A stretch of DNA of 42,219 nucleotides from an uncultured Actinomycetes bacterium (lineage in GTDB: Bacteria > Actinomycetota > Thermoleophilia > Gaiellales > Gaiellaceae): NCBI GenBank assembly GCA_903930195.1, contig CAIYXH010000289.1, forward strand, positions 1 through 42,219, in the 5' to 3' direction. Below the pieces are notes generated by a model that was given only the letters and a program-made list of their open reading frames with translations, was not told the DNA's origin and made no database searches. Positions 16,390-24,798 of this stretch are shown piece by piece (the stretch's first letter is position 1; the number at the start of each line of letters is the position of its first letter). The position numbers were made by a program, and so were the translations under genes.

Positions 16390-17472
16390 ATGCTCGTCGC
16401 CGTCTTCTGGATCGCCCTCGGCCTGCTCGCGTGGACGCATGTCGTCTACCCGCTCGTCGTGGCCGTCCTCGCGCGCCGTGGTGGGTCTTCCACGGAAGCG
16501 CGCACGCTCCCGCGCGTCACCGTGATCGTGGCGGCCTACAACGAGGAGACCGTGATCGAGCGCCGGATCGCGAATCTTCAGGCGCTCGACTATCCGGCGG
16601 AGCTCGTCGAGATCGTCGTCACCTCCGATGCATCGAGCGACCGGACCGAGGAGCTTGCGGCGGCTGCCGGCGCTCGGGTGATCCGCAATCCCCGGGGGGG
16701 CAAGGTCGCCGCACAGGATCGGGCCGTACGCGAGACCGAATCCGAGCTCGTCGCCTTCTCCGACGCGAACGCGACCTGGGCACCGGACGCGCTCCGGCGA
16801 CTCGTTGCTGCCTTCGCCGATCCGCGCGTTGCGTACGTCTGCGGCCAGCTGCGGCTCGAGGCTGCGGCCGGGGGCAACAAGGAAGGCGTCTACTGGCGCT
16901 ACGAGATGGCCGTGCGCCTGGCCGAGTCGAGGCTCGGCGGGATCACCGGCGGCAACGGCTCGATCTACGCCGTACGGCGCTCCGACTACGCGGAGGTCGA
17001 CCCGCGCTTCGGCCATGACCTCTCACTCCCGTACCTGATGATCCAGCGCCGTCGGAGAGCGCTCTACGAGCCGTCGGCGTACGCATTCGAGAAGCCGACG
17101 CCCTCGAACGAGACGGAATACCGCCGCAAGGTGCGGATGTTCGAGCACTGCTGGCTGATCGTCCTGCGCGGCAAGATGCTCCGGCGCCAGCCGCTCGGCT
17201 ACCTCGTCGAGCTCGTCTCGCATCGCCACCTGCGCTACGCGAGCGGACTGCTCCACGTCGTACTGCTCGCGGTCTCGCTCGCGCTGGTGACGCACGGGTG
17301 GATCTATGACGTCGCCCTCGCCGGGCAGGTGGCGTTCTTCGCCGCGGCCGCCGCGGGGGTCGGGATCGCCCGGTACTACACGCTCGTCTCCTGGGCGACG
17401 GTGGTGGCCCTCTGGAACTACCTCAGGCGCGGAGTGCCCGCGACCTGGGAGGTCGCGGAAGGGACGCGCTGA
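16390..17472 (+). CDS. Membrane-embedded GT2 glycosyltransferase
   Basis: In-frame ATG 16390 within ORF 16195..17472. N-terminal TM MLVAVFWIALGLLAWTHVVYPLVVAVL, then VTVIVAAYNEE, VVTSDASSDRT (DxD-like), GGNGSIYAVRR and C-terminal helices. A TACACT hexamer lies 6 nt upstream of the ATG. Confidence 0.8.
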   Translation: MLVAVFWIALGLLAWTHVVYPLVVAVLARRGGSSTEARTLPRVTVIVAAYNEETVIERRIANLQALDYPAELVEIVVTSDASSDRTEELAAAAGARVIRNPRGGKVAAQDRAVRETESELVAFSDANATWAPDALRRLVAAFADPRVAYVCGQLRLEAAAGGNKEGVYWRYEMAVRLAESRLGGITGGNGSIYAVRRSDYAEVDPRFGHDLSLPYLMIQRRRRALYEPSAYAFEKPTPSNETEYRRKVRMFEHCWLIVLRGKMLRRQPLGYLVELVSHRHLRYASGLLHVVLLAVSLALVTHGWIYDVALAGQVAFFAAAAAGVGIARYYTLVSWATVVALWNYLRRGVPATWEVAEGTR

Positions 17473-18050
17473 ACCGCGCACTCGACATCGCGATCGCCGG
17501 CACGGGCCTCGTCGTCGCGAGCCCGGTCATCGCCGTCTCGGCGCTGCTCGTCAAGCTCGATCGGGGCCCGGCGCTCTACCGGCAGACGCGCGTCGGCAAG
17601 GACGGACGGGACTTCGAGCTGCTCAAGCTGCGGACGATGGTCGTGAACGCCGAGACGATGGGGGCGGGCCTCGCGGTGAACAAGGGCGACGCGCGGATCA
17701 CGCGGGTCGGTGCCGTCCTCCGGCGGCTCTCGTTCGACGAGCTGCCGCAGCTCTGGAACGTCGTCCGCGGCGACATGTCGATCATCGGCCCGCGTCCGAC
17801 GCTCCGCTATCAGGTGGACCGCTACGACGAGCGCCAGCTCCACCGCCTCGACGTCCGTCCCGGAATCACCGGCTGGGCGCAGATCCACGGACGTGCGGCG
17901 CTGCCGTGGGCCGAGCGGATCGAGCGCGACCTCTGGTACGTGGAGCACCGCTCCGGTCTGCTCGATCTGAAGATCCTCCTGCGCACGCCGCTCGCGCTCT
18001 TCGGCGGCACCTACAAGGGTGAGACCGGTGGCTGGAATCAGCCGGGCTAA
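17469..18050 (+). CDS. Small phosphoglycosyl transferase (bacterial sugar transferase, PglC/WbaP-C-like initiating enzyme); start codon unresolved
   Basis: The frame of ORF 17637..18050 stays open upstream to a TGA at 17307-17309. There it encodes the expected re-entrant helix and motifs: NRALDIAIAGTGLVVASPVIAVSALLVKLDRGPALYRQTRVGKDGRDFELLKLRTMV, then DELPQLWNVVRGDMSIIGPRP and GITGWAQI. No ATG, GTG or TTG occurs in frame between 17310 and 17636. I place the start at CTG 17469, which overlaps the upstream TGA (CTGA). Confidence 0.7.
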   Translation: MNRALDIAIAGTGLVVASPVIAVSALLVKLDRGPALYRQTRVGKDGRDFELLKLRTMVVNAETMGAGLAVNKGDARITRVGAVLRRLSFDELPQLWNVVRGDMSIIGPRPTLRYQVDRYDERQLHRLDVRPGITGWAQIHGRAALPWAERIERDLWYVEHRSGLLDLKILLRTPLALFGGTYKGETGGWNQPG

Positions 18051-19341
18051 CCGGGCGCTCGCCGGGCTCTGCCTGCTCACGGCCGCGATCGGCCTCTGGA
18101 ACGTCCTCCACTGCCCGCCCGGCGCGTCGTACGACTACCAGGACAACGCTCCCTACGCCGACGGGCTGATCCCGGGGCTCCACTTGCCGGCCGGCGGGTT
18201 GCATCCCGCGGCGGGGGATGGGTCGTACTACACGCCGCCCGGCTTCTACGCGGTTGCCGGCACCGCCGACTGGATCGCCCGCGGGCTCGGTCTCGGTGAG
18301 CCGCACCGCGCCGGGATGGCCGTCGACGTGCTCTTCCTCGTCGGGTCGGTGCTGCTCGTCGCGCTGATCGCCCGGCAGCTCTGGCCGGGGCGCGAGCGCA
18401 TCGCCCTCGGCGCCGCGGCCTTCGTCGCCTTCCTGCCGTCAGCCGTCCAGGCGGGAGCGATGTTCCACCCGGAGATGATGTCGTTCTTCTTCTCGGCGCT
18501 TGCGCTCTGGCTCTGCGCGCGCACCTTTGCCGATGCCCGTTGGGCCTGGGCGCTCGGCCTGGCGCTCGGGATCGACCAGCTCGTGCGTGCCTATGCGCTC
18601 TGCACGGTGGGCGCGGTGCTGCTCGCGCTCCTCTGGGCGCGCCGCTGGCGTGCGCTCGCGATCGCGGCGGTCGTGGCCGCCGCGATCCCGATGCCCTGGT
18701 ACGTCCACGAGACGGTGAAGTACGGCTCGCCGCTCTTCCCGCGTCCGGCGATCTCCCAGACGACCAACGAGCGGGCGACCACGGTGTCGCCGCTCTACCG
18801 CCGGCGTCCGGCGCGCTTCTACGTCGACCCGGCGCTCCCGGACGTGCTCACGCATCCCTACCGCCCTCGCTTCGAGGGCCTGCTGCTCCCGACGACGTAC
18901 GCCGGGCTCTGGGGCGACTACGAGGGCCACTGGGCCTGGGACGGGACGACGCGCGACAAGGTCGTGCCCACTCCCTCCGCCTCGACGCGGCACGCGCTCG
19001 TCCTGCAGATGTTCCTCGGTCTGCTCCCGACGCTGCTTGCCTTCGGTGGCTGGATCCTGCTGCTGGCCCAGGCGCGTCGCGAGCTGCGGAAGATCGCGGT
19101 TGCGGTGCTGCCTGTCGCCGTCGCTGCGGCCTACGTCTACTTCACCGTCTCGAACGGCAGCGCGACCAACCCGGCCGTGGCGGCGGCAGTGCTCAAGCCG
19201 AGCTACATGCTCACCGCGACGACGGGCTGGGCGCTCGGCTTCGGGCTCGCGCTCGACCGGCTGCCGCGGCGCACGTTCCTCGTCGCGGCAGGCGTGCTCG
19301 CGGTCTGCGCCGCGGTCGAGCTGCCGTTCCTTCTCTACTAG
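18019..19341 (+). CDS. GT-C fold membrane glycosyltransferase (ArnT/PMT_2-like)
   Basis: ORF 18019..19341 (GTG start; alternative GTG at 18028). Multi-pass membrane protein with a first-loop acidic motif (YDYQDNAPYADG), a long hydrophobic core and a PMPWYVHETVKYGSPLFP loop. Overlaps the preceding gene by 32 nt. Confidence 0.65.
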   Translation: MRPVAGISRANRALAGLCLLTAAIGLWNVLHCPPGASYDYQDNAPYADGLIPGLHLPAGGLHPAAGDGSYYTPPGFYAVAGTADWIARGLGLGEPHRAGMAVDVLFLVGSVLLVALIARQLWPGRERIALGAAAFVAFLPSAVQAGAMFHPEMMSFFFSALALWLCARTFADARWAWALGLALGIDQLVRAYALCTVGAVLLALLWARRWRALAIAAVVAAAIPMPWYVHETVKYGSPLFPRPAISQTTNERATTVSPLYRRRPARFYVDPALPDVLTHPYRPRFEGLLLPTTYAGLWGDYEGHWAWDGTTRDKVVPTPSASTRHALVLQMFLGLLPTLLAFGGWILLLAQARRELRKIAVAVLPVAVAAAYVYFTVSNGSATNPAVAAAVLKPSYMLTATTGWALGFGLALDRLPRRTFLVAAGVLAVCAAVELPFLLY

Positions 19342-20390
19342 GCGGTCTCGAGCATGTCCTCGAGGAAGGCGTCGAGCCCTTCTCGAGACGTCCAGCCGAG
19401 GTCGGCGGCGATGCGTGACGGGTCGGCGGCGATCGCGACCGGGTCGGCGGGCCGGATGAACGCGGGATCGACCACGACCGCGGACCCGCCGCCCGCGGCA
19501 AACGTCGCCGACCAGGCGGTCGGATCGTCGCCCTCCATCTGCCAGGCGAGCTCGAACCCGGCGAGGGCGAAGGCGCGGTCGACGAGCTCCCAGACGTGGT
19601 GCAGCCGGCCGGTGCCGAGGACGTAGTCGCGGTAGAGGCGCGCGTCGTCGGCGATGCCGCGTACGGAGGCCTGGCGGAGGATCGCGATCATCCCGTCGAC
19701 GTACTCGGGCGCGAAGCCCCAGTCGCGCTGGGCGCGGAGGTTGCCGAGCGCCAGCGGCCCCGGGGCCTCGCCGCGCCGCAGGGCGGCGACGTGGTCGACC
19801 ACCTTGCGCGAGAGAAACTGCGCGCCGCGGTAGCGCGACTCGTGGTTGAAGAGGATCCCGCACGCGATCCGGATCCCGTAGGCCTCGCGGTAGCTCCGGC
19901 AGAGCAGATGCGCCGCAGCCTTCGCCGCCGCGTACGGGCTCTGCGGGTTCAACGCGGCGGTCTCGTCGTGCACGGCCCGCCCGCCGGGAACCGAGCCGAA
20001 CATCTCGCCGGAGGACGCCTGGTAGAAGCGTGTCTCCGGGCTGTCGTTGCGGATTGCGTCGAGCAGGTGGACGACGACGTGCGCGTTCGACTCCCAGGTC
20101 GCGCGCGGGTCGGCGAACGAGGCGCCGACGCTCGACTCGCCGGCGAGGTTGTACATCTCCTCGGGCCGCACGTCCCCGACGAGCGCGCAGAGCGGGCCGG
20201 GGTCGCGCAGGTCGCGACGGACGGCGATCAGCCGCTCGTGGCCGCCGAAGAGCGCGCTCGCGGCGTCCGGATCGCGGACGGCTGCATGGACGGTCCAGCC
20301 GTCTGCAAGCAGGCGGGCGACCAGGTAGCGGCCGTCCTGCCCGGTTGCCCCGGTCACGACGGCGGTCTGCGGCTCGACGGGGCGGCGCAT
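19338..20390 (-). CDS. gmd: GDP-mannose 4,6-dehydratase family SDR
   Basis: ORF 19338..20396(-): VVTGATGQDGRYL, RFYQASSGEMFG, SPYAAAKAAAH, CGILFNHES, GNLRAQRDWGFAPEYV. I prefer ATG 20390 (MRRPVEPQ) over GTG 20396 because a TAGACT hexamer ends 8 nt upstream of the ATG. Confidence 0.85.
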   Translation of the reverse strand: MRRPVEPQTAVVTGATGQDGRYLVARLLADGWTVHAAVRDPDAASALFGGHERLIAVRRDLRDPGPLCALVGDVRPEEMYNLAGESSVGASFADPRATWESNAHVVVHLLDAIRNDSPETRFYQASSGEMFGSVPGGRAVHDETAALNPQSPYAAAKAAAHLLCRSYREAYGIRIACGILFNHESRYRGAQFLSRKVVDHVAALRRGEAPGPLALGNLRAQRDWGFAPEYVDGMIAILRQASVRGIADDARLYRDYVLGTGRLHHVWELVDRAFALAGFELAWQMEGDDPTAWSATFAAGGGSAVVVDPAFIRPADPVAIAADPSRIAADLGWTSREGLDAFLEDMLETA

Positions 20391-20446
20391 CGGCACGGAG
20401 TCTAAGCCCGCTGGTGACCGGTGCCGCCTTGGTTACGCTCCGCGCG
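20391..20446. promoter_or_regulatory. Divergent promoter region (gmd versus the ATP-grasp operon)
   Basis: (-) TAGACT (complement of 20399-20404), 8 nt before ATG 20390. (+) TACGCT 20434-20439, 7 nt before GTG 20447. Confidence 0.4.
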
Positions 20447-21427
20447 GTGACCGTCGTTCTCTTCACCTGCGCCGGCCAGCGCGTCGACATCGTCACGGCC
20501 TTCGCCCGTGCGGGAGCCACGACCGTCGCCGTCGACGCGAACGCGCTCGCCCCGGCGCTCTGGGTGGCAGACATCCGCGAGGCGGTGCCGCCGATCCGCG
20601 ACCCCGGCTACCTCGATGCGCTCGCAGGTCTCGTGCAGCGCCATGGCGCGAAGCTGATCGTGCCGCTCGCCGACCTCGACCACATGCTCCTCGCCGAGAA
20701 CGCCGACCGCCTGGGCGCGCCGGTACTGCTCGCGCCGGCCTCCGCGATCCGGCTCTGCGAGGACAAGTACGCGGCCCACACCTTCTTCGTCGAGCGTGGG
20801 CTCGCCTCGCCGCCGACGTGGCTCCCCGAGGAGCTGCCGGACGATGTCGCCTTCCCGGTGCTCGTCAAGCCGCGTCGCGGCTTCGGCTCGCGGGACATCC
20901 ACCGCTGTGCCGACCGGCGCGAGCTCGACTTCTTCCTCGACTACACCGAGGCCGATTCGATGGTGCAGGGCGTCTGCCTCGGCGAGGAGTTCTCGATCGA
21001 TGTCTTCTGCGACTTCGACGGCCGCTGTCTGAACGGCGTGCCGCGGACGATGATCGAGTCGAAGGGCGGCGAGTCGATCAAGGGGCGCTCGCTCGCCGAC
21101 CGCGAGCTGATCGAGCACGCCGCGCACGTCGCCGAGACGCTCGGCATCGTCGGGCCCGCGAACGTGCAGTGCTTCCGCGAGCCCGACGGCTCGCTTCCCG
21201 TCACCGACGTCAACCCGCGCTTCGGCGGGGGCTTTCCGCTGCCGACCGCCGCGGGGTCGCGGTACCCTGAGCTGGCCCTCGCGCTCGCGAACGGGGAGCG
21301 GCCGGAGCCGCGACTCGGCGCATTCGAGGACGGGATCGTCATGACCCGCTTCTTCTCGCAGATCATCCTCCGTGAGACCGCCGACGGTCTCGTGCGCATC
21401 GACGACGGTTCGCCCGGGGAGGCGTGA
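20447..21427 (+). CDS. ATP-grasp domain ligase (second paralogue)
   Basis: In-frame GTG 20447 within ORF 20030..21427 (alternative GTG 20414): VTVVLFTCAGQRVDIV, DKYAAHTFF, FPVLVKPRRGFGSRDIH, MVQGVCLGEEFSIDV, VTDVNPRFGGGFP. The earlier part of the listed ORF is Arg-rich junk overlapping gmd. Confidence 0.75.
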   Translation: MTVVLFTCAGQRVDIVTAFARAGATTVAVDANALAPALWVADIREAVPPIRDPGYLDALAGLVQRHGAKLIVPLADLDHMLLAENADRLGAPVLLAPASAIRLCEDKYAAHTFFVERGLASPPTWLPEELPDDVAFPVLVKPRRGFGSRDIHRCADRRELDFFLDYTEADSMVQGVCLGEEFSIDVFCDFDGRCLNGVPRTMIESKGGESIKGRSLADRELIEHAAHVAETLGIVGPANVQCFREPDGSLPVTDVNPRFGGGFPLPTAAGSRYPELALALANGERPEPRLGAFEDGIVMTRFFSQIILRETADGLVRIDDGSPGEA

Positions 21428-22677
21428 GGCGCAGGCTGATCGCCGGCGCCGCAGGCGCCGTGATCGTCCTCGCCGGCATCGTCGGGGGCTACTACCTCCA
21501 CGTCCGGCACGAGAGCCGCGACATCGTCGGCTCCTCGACCGTCGAGTTCGTCTCGACGCAGTCGGTCACCGCGCTGAAGCACGCCACCCCGCCGGACATC
21601 CCCTGGCCGATGTACGGCCTCGACGCGGCGCACCAGCGGGTCGCGGTCGGCTCCGAGGTCGCACCGCCCTTCCGCAAGGCGTGGACGTTCAAGGCGCAGA
21701 GCTATATCGAGTTCCCGCCCGTCGAGGGCTACGGCCGCCTCTACTTCGCGAACAACGCCGGCGTCGTCTTCGCGATCAGCGCCAAGACCGGCAAGCGCGC
21801 CTGGAAGTATCACTCCGGCCGCTGCCAGGCGATGTCGCCTGCGGTCTCGGGCAACACGGTCTACGTCACCTTCCTCAACGGGCCGCCCTGCAACTCGACG
21901 CGTGCGAACCTCGGCGGTGAGCTCGTGGCGCTCTGGGCGGGCTCCGGCAAGGTGCGCTGGCTCGAGCGGATGGATCCGTCGGAGTCATCGCCGACGGTCT
22001 CGAAGGGCGTGGTCTACGTCGGCGACTGGGGTGGGCGCGTCTCGTGCTTCTCCGCGACCACCGGGAAGCTCTACTGGCGCTTCCAGGCCGACGGCAAGGT
22101 GAAGGGCGCGATCGCGCTCTCCGGCAACCGCGTCTACTTCGGGACGTACGACTCGAAGGTCTACGCCCTGAACGCCCGCAACGGGAAGCTGATCTGGGAC
22201 TCGAGCGCGCAATCGCGGCTCGGCCATGCGGGCGAGTTCTACTCGACCCCCGCCGTCGCCTACGACCGGGTCTACATCGGGGCGACCGACGGCAAGGTCT
22301 ACTCCTTCGGCGCGTCGACCGGCGACCTGCGCTGGTCGCAGTCGACGGGCGGCTACGTCTACGCCTCACCCGCGGTCTGGAAGGAGAAGGTCTACGCCGG
22401 CTCGTACTCCGGCACCTTCTACGCCTTCGACGCCGCAACCGGGCGCGTGCTCTGGACGTTCCACGCCGACGGGCGCATCTCGGGCTCGGCGACGATCGTG
22501 GCCGGCCGCGTCTACTTCTCGACGCTGAACCACGAGACCTACGCCCTCGACGCGACGACCGGACGCCAGCTCTGGTCGTACCCCGACGGCGAGTACTCCC
22601 CCGTGATCGCCGACGCGCACCGGCTCTATCTCGTCGGCCGCGCCCGGATCTACGGGCTCGACCCGGCCCCACGTTAG
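21424..22677 (+). CDS. Membrane-anchored PQQ-like (BamB-type) beta-propeller repeat protein
   Basis: ORF 21424..22677, with a GTGA overlap on the ATP-grasp stop. N-terminal TM (LIAGAAGAVIVLAGIVGGYYL). Repeated units of the form G.VYAL(D/N)A.TGK..W (e.g. VFAISAKTGKRAWKY, VSCFSATTGKLYWRF, VYALNARNGKLIWDS, VYSFGASTGDLRWSQ, FYAFDAATGRVLWTF, TYALDATTGRQLWSY). Confidence 0.8.
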   Translation: MRRRLIAGAAGAVIVLAGIVGGYYLHVRHESRDIVGSSTVEFVSTQSVTALKHATPPDIPWPMYGLDAAHQRVAVGSEVAPPFRKAWTFKAQSYIEFPPVEGYGRLYFANNAGVVFAISAKTGKRAWKYHSGRCQAMSPAVSGNTVYVTFLNGPPCNSTRANLGGELVALWAGSGKVRWLERMDPSESSPTVSKGVVYVGDWGGRVSCFSATTGKLYWRFQADGKVKGAIALSGNRVYFGTYDSKVYALNARNGKLIWDSSAQSRLGHAGEFYSTPAVAYDRVYIGATDGKVYSFGASTGDLRWSQSTGGYVYASPAVWKEKVYAGSYSGTFYAFDAATGRVLWTFHADGRISGSATIVAGRVYFSTLNHETYALDATTGRQLWSYPDGEYSPVIADAHRLYLVGRARIYGLDPAPR

Positions 22678-22686
22678 GCTCTCCCG

Positions 22687-23598
22687 ATGCGCTACGGGGT
22701 AACCGGTGCCGCGGGCTTCATCGGCTCGCACCTCTCCGAGGCTCTGCTCGCGGCCGGGCACGAGGTCGTCGGCTTCGACGCCTTCACGGACTACTACGAG
22801 CCGGCACTCAAGGAGGAGAACGCGCGCGGCCTCGACGTGCGCCGGGCCGACCTCGCGGTGGACGAGCTCGACTTCGCTGGGCTCGACGGCGTCTTCCACC
22901 TCGCGGCGCGGCCGGGAGTGCGCAGCTTCGGCGACGTCTTCCCTGTCTATCTGCGCGACAACGTCCTCGCGACGCAGCGGGTCTTCGAAGCCGCCGTGCG
23001 CGACGGCGTACGGGTCGTCTTCGCCTCGTCGTCGTCGGTCTACGGCGCCGCCGAGCGCTACCCGACCCCGGAGGATACCCAGCCGCAGCCGCTCTCGCCC
23101 TACGGCATCTCCAAGCTCGCCTGCGAGCACCTCGCCGCCGCGTACGAGCGCGCGTTCGGGCTCGACGCCGTGATCCTGCGGTACTTCAACGCCTTCGGCC
23201 CCCGCCAGCGCCCCGACATGGCCTTCACGCGGATCGTCTTCGCCCTCGCGGAGGGGGCGACGTTCCCGATGTTCGGCGACGGCGACCAGTCGCGCGGCTG
23301 GACGTACGTCGGCGACATCGTCGACGGCACGATCGCCGCGATGGAGCGCGGGAGCGGGATCTACAACGTCGGCGGCGCCATCGAGGCCTCGCTGAACGAG
23401 GCGATCGCGCTGCTCGAGGAGCTCTCGGGCCGGACGCTCGACGTCAGTCGCAGCGAAGCCGTTCCGGGCGACCAGCGGCGCACCCGGGCCGACACCACGC
23501 GGATCGCGTCGGAGCTCGCGTGGGTGCCGAAAGTCGCGTTTGCAGACGGCCTCCGCGCCCAATGGGATTGGGCTTCGACTAAAGTCGCTGGCCGATGA
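22687..23598 (+). CDS. NAD-dependent sugar-nucleotide epimerase/dehydratase (extended SDR, UDP-hexose/uronate 4-epimerase-like)
   Basis: ORF 22687..23598: VTGAAGFIGSHL, FHLAARPGV, ASSSSVYG, SPYGISKLACE (YxxxK), LRYFNAFGPRQRPDM, GDGDQSRGWTYVGD. Confidence 0.85.
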   Translation: MRYGVTGAAGFIGSHLSEALLAAGHEVVGFDAFTDYYEPALKEENARGLDVRRADLAVDELDFAGLDGVFHLAARPGVRSFGDVFPVYLRDNVLATQRVFEAAVRDGVRVVFASSSSVYGAAERYPTPEDTQPQPLSPYGISKLACEHLAAAYERAFGLDAVILRYFNAFGPRQRPDMAFTRIVFALAEGATFPMFGDGDQSRGWTYVGDIVDGTIAAMERGSGIYNVGGAIEASLNEAIALLEELSGRTLDVSRSEAVPGDQRRTRADTTRIASELAWVPKVAFADGLRAQWDWASTKVAGR

Positions 23599-24470
23599 GC
23601 GGTGAGCGCCCCATGGACCCCGGGATCGAACGGGAGATCGACCTCGGCCGCTGGCGCCGCGCTGCGAGCGAGCGCTGGTGGATCATCGTCGCGGGCATCG
23701 TCGCGGGCATCGTGGTCGGCGGCATCTACTCCCTCTCCGGCGGCAGCCTCTTCCAGGCCTCCGCGCTGCTCGCACCGAGCCAGGCGTTCTCGCCGAACGG
23801 CTCGGCGGTGCTCTCGTATCAGTCCAGCCCGCGCGCGATCAACGAGCTCGCGACCGACCCGGCGACGCTCTCCGAGGTCGCGCAGGCCGCGGGGACGACG
23901 CTCGACAAGCTCCGCGGTCACGTCAGCACCTCGACCGTCTCGACGGGTGCCGGCTCCGCGGCGAGCCGCGGCTCCGTCCTGATCAAGCTGACGGTGCAGC
24001 TCCCGAACAAGGAGAACACCTCGAAGGCGGCGGACGCGCTCGGCAAGCTCGTCGCGACGAAGAGCACCGGCACCTACGTCACGACCTCGATCGCGACGCT
24101 CCAGCAGGACCTCAAGGGTGCCCGGGCCACGCTCGCGTCGGTCGATCAGCAGATCGCCGCCTACAACGACGTGATCGCCAAGGGCGGCCTCGACGACTTC
24201 GACAAGCTGATCCTCGTCACGAACCTGAACAACGCGATCTCACGCCAGGGCAACCTCAACGACGAGATCGAGGCGCAGACCCAGCAGCTCACCCTGGCCC
24301 AGAGCGTCGAGCTCGCCCAGGTGATCTCGCCGACGCCGTCGGTTGCCGTCAAGACCACCGCGCGCTCGCGGCGGAACTCGATCCTCGTCGGGCTGCTGAT
24401 CGGCCTCATCGTCGGCCTCGTCGCGGCGGTCGTCGTCGATGCGCGTGCGACTCGCGCTCGCCCGGCTTAG
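23595..24470 (+). CDS. wzz: Wzz/CpsC-like polysaccharide co-polymerase (chain-length determinant topology), no kinase domain
   Basis: ORF 23595..24470, with an ATGA overlap on the upstream stop. TM1 WWIIVAGIVAGIVVGGIY, a hydrophilic coiled-coil-like middle (LQQDLKGARATLASVDQQIAAYNDV...EIEAQTQQLTLAQ), and TM2 ILVGLLIGLIVGLVAAVVV near the C-terminus. Confidence 0.6.
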   Translation: MSGERPMDPGIEREIDLGRWRRAASERWWIIVAGIVAGIVVGGIYSLSGGSLFQASALLAPSQAFSPNGSAVLSYQSSPRAINELATDPATLSEVAQAAGTTLDKLRGHVSTSTVSTGAGSAASRGSVLIKLTVQLPNKENTSKAADALGKLVATKSTGTYVTTSIATLQQDLKGARATLASVDQQIAAYNDVIAKGGLDDFDKLILVTNLNNAISRQGNLNDEIEAQTQQLTLAQSVELAQVISPTPSVAVKTTARSRRNSILVGLLIGLIVGLVAAVVVDARATRARPA

Positions 24471-24798
24471 CGCGGCAGCGGCGCTCGTCGCGCTCGCCGT
24501 CGGCGGCCGGCACACCTGGCGCGACCTCGGTCACGCGCACGAGCATCTGACGCAGGCGCAGGCCGAGGTCGCCGCGGCGACGCACGAGCAGCTGCCGATC
24601 GCGACGTTCGACCGGCTACGCGCCGAGCTGAAGCCCGGTCAGACCTGGTGGCTCGAGGTGCCGAAGGGCGCCCCCGAAGGCTTCGGCGACCGTGGGAACG
24701 TCTACCGCGCCTTCGCCGTCTACTGGCTGCTTCCGAACCTGCCGGCGAGCTCGGCCGCGACCGCCGGGCGTGTCTTCCGGCTCGGCTCGGCGCGATGA
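24439..24798 (+). CDS. Small hypothetical protein with an N-terminal signal or anchor helix
   Basis: ORF 24439..24798 has strong GC3 bias and an N-terminal LALARLSAAAALVALAVGG. It overlaps wzz by 32 nt and ends in an ATGA overlap with the next gene. I recognise no family. Confidence 0.5.
   Translation: MRVRLALARLSAAAALVALAVGGRHTWRDLGHAHEHLTQAQAEVAAATHEQLPIATFDRLRAELKPGQTWWLEVPKGAPEGFGDRGNVYRAFAVYWLLPNLPASSAATAGRVFRLGSAR

Noticed and set aside
17440-17475. Programmed -1 ribosomal frameshift fusing the GT2 (16390-17472) to the phosphoglycosyl transferase.
   Set aside because: The PHPT frame is -1 relative to the GT2. However, I see no slippery X_XXY_YYZ heptamer (the sequence is GTC GCG GAA GGG ACG CGC TGA) and no obvious downstream pseudoknot. 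CTGA reinitiation or a sequencing error is more economical. The possibility is kept as an alternative in the finding.
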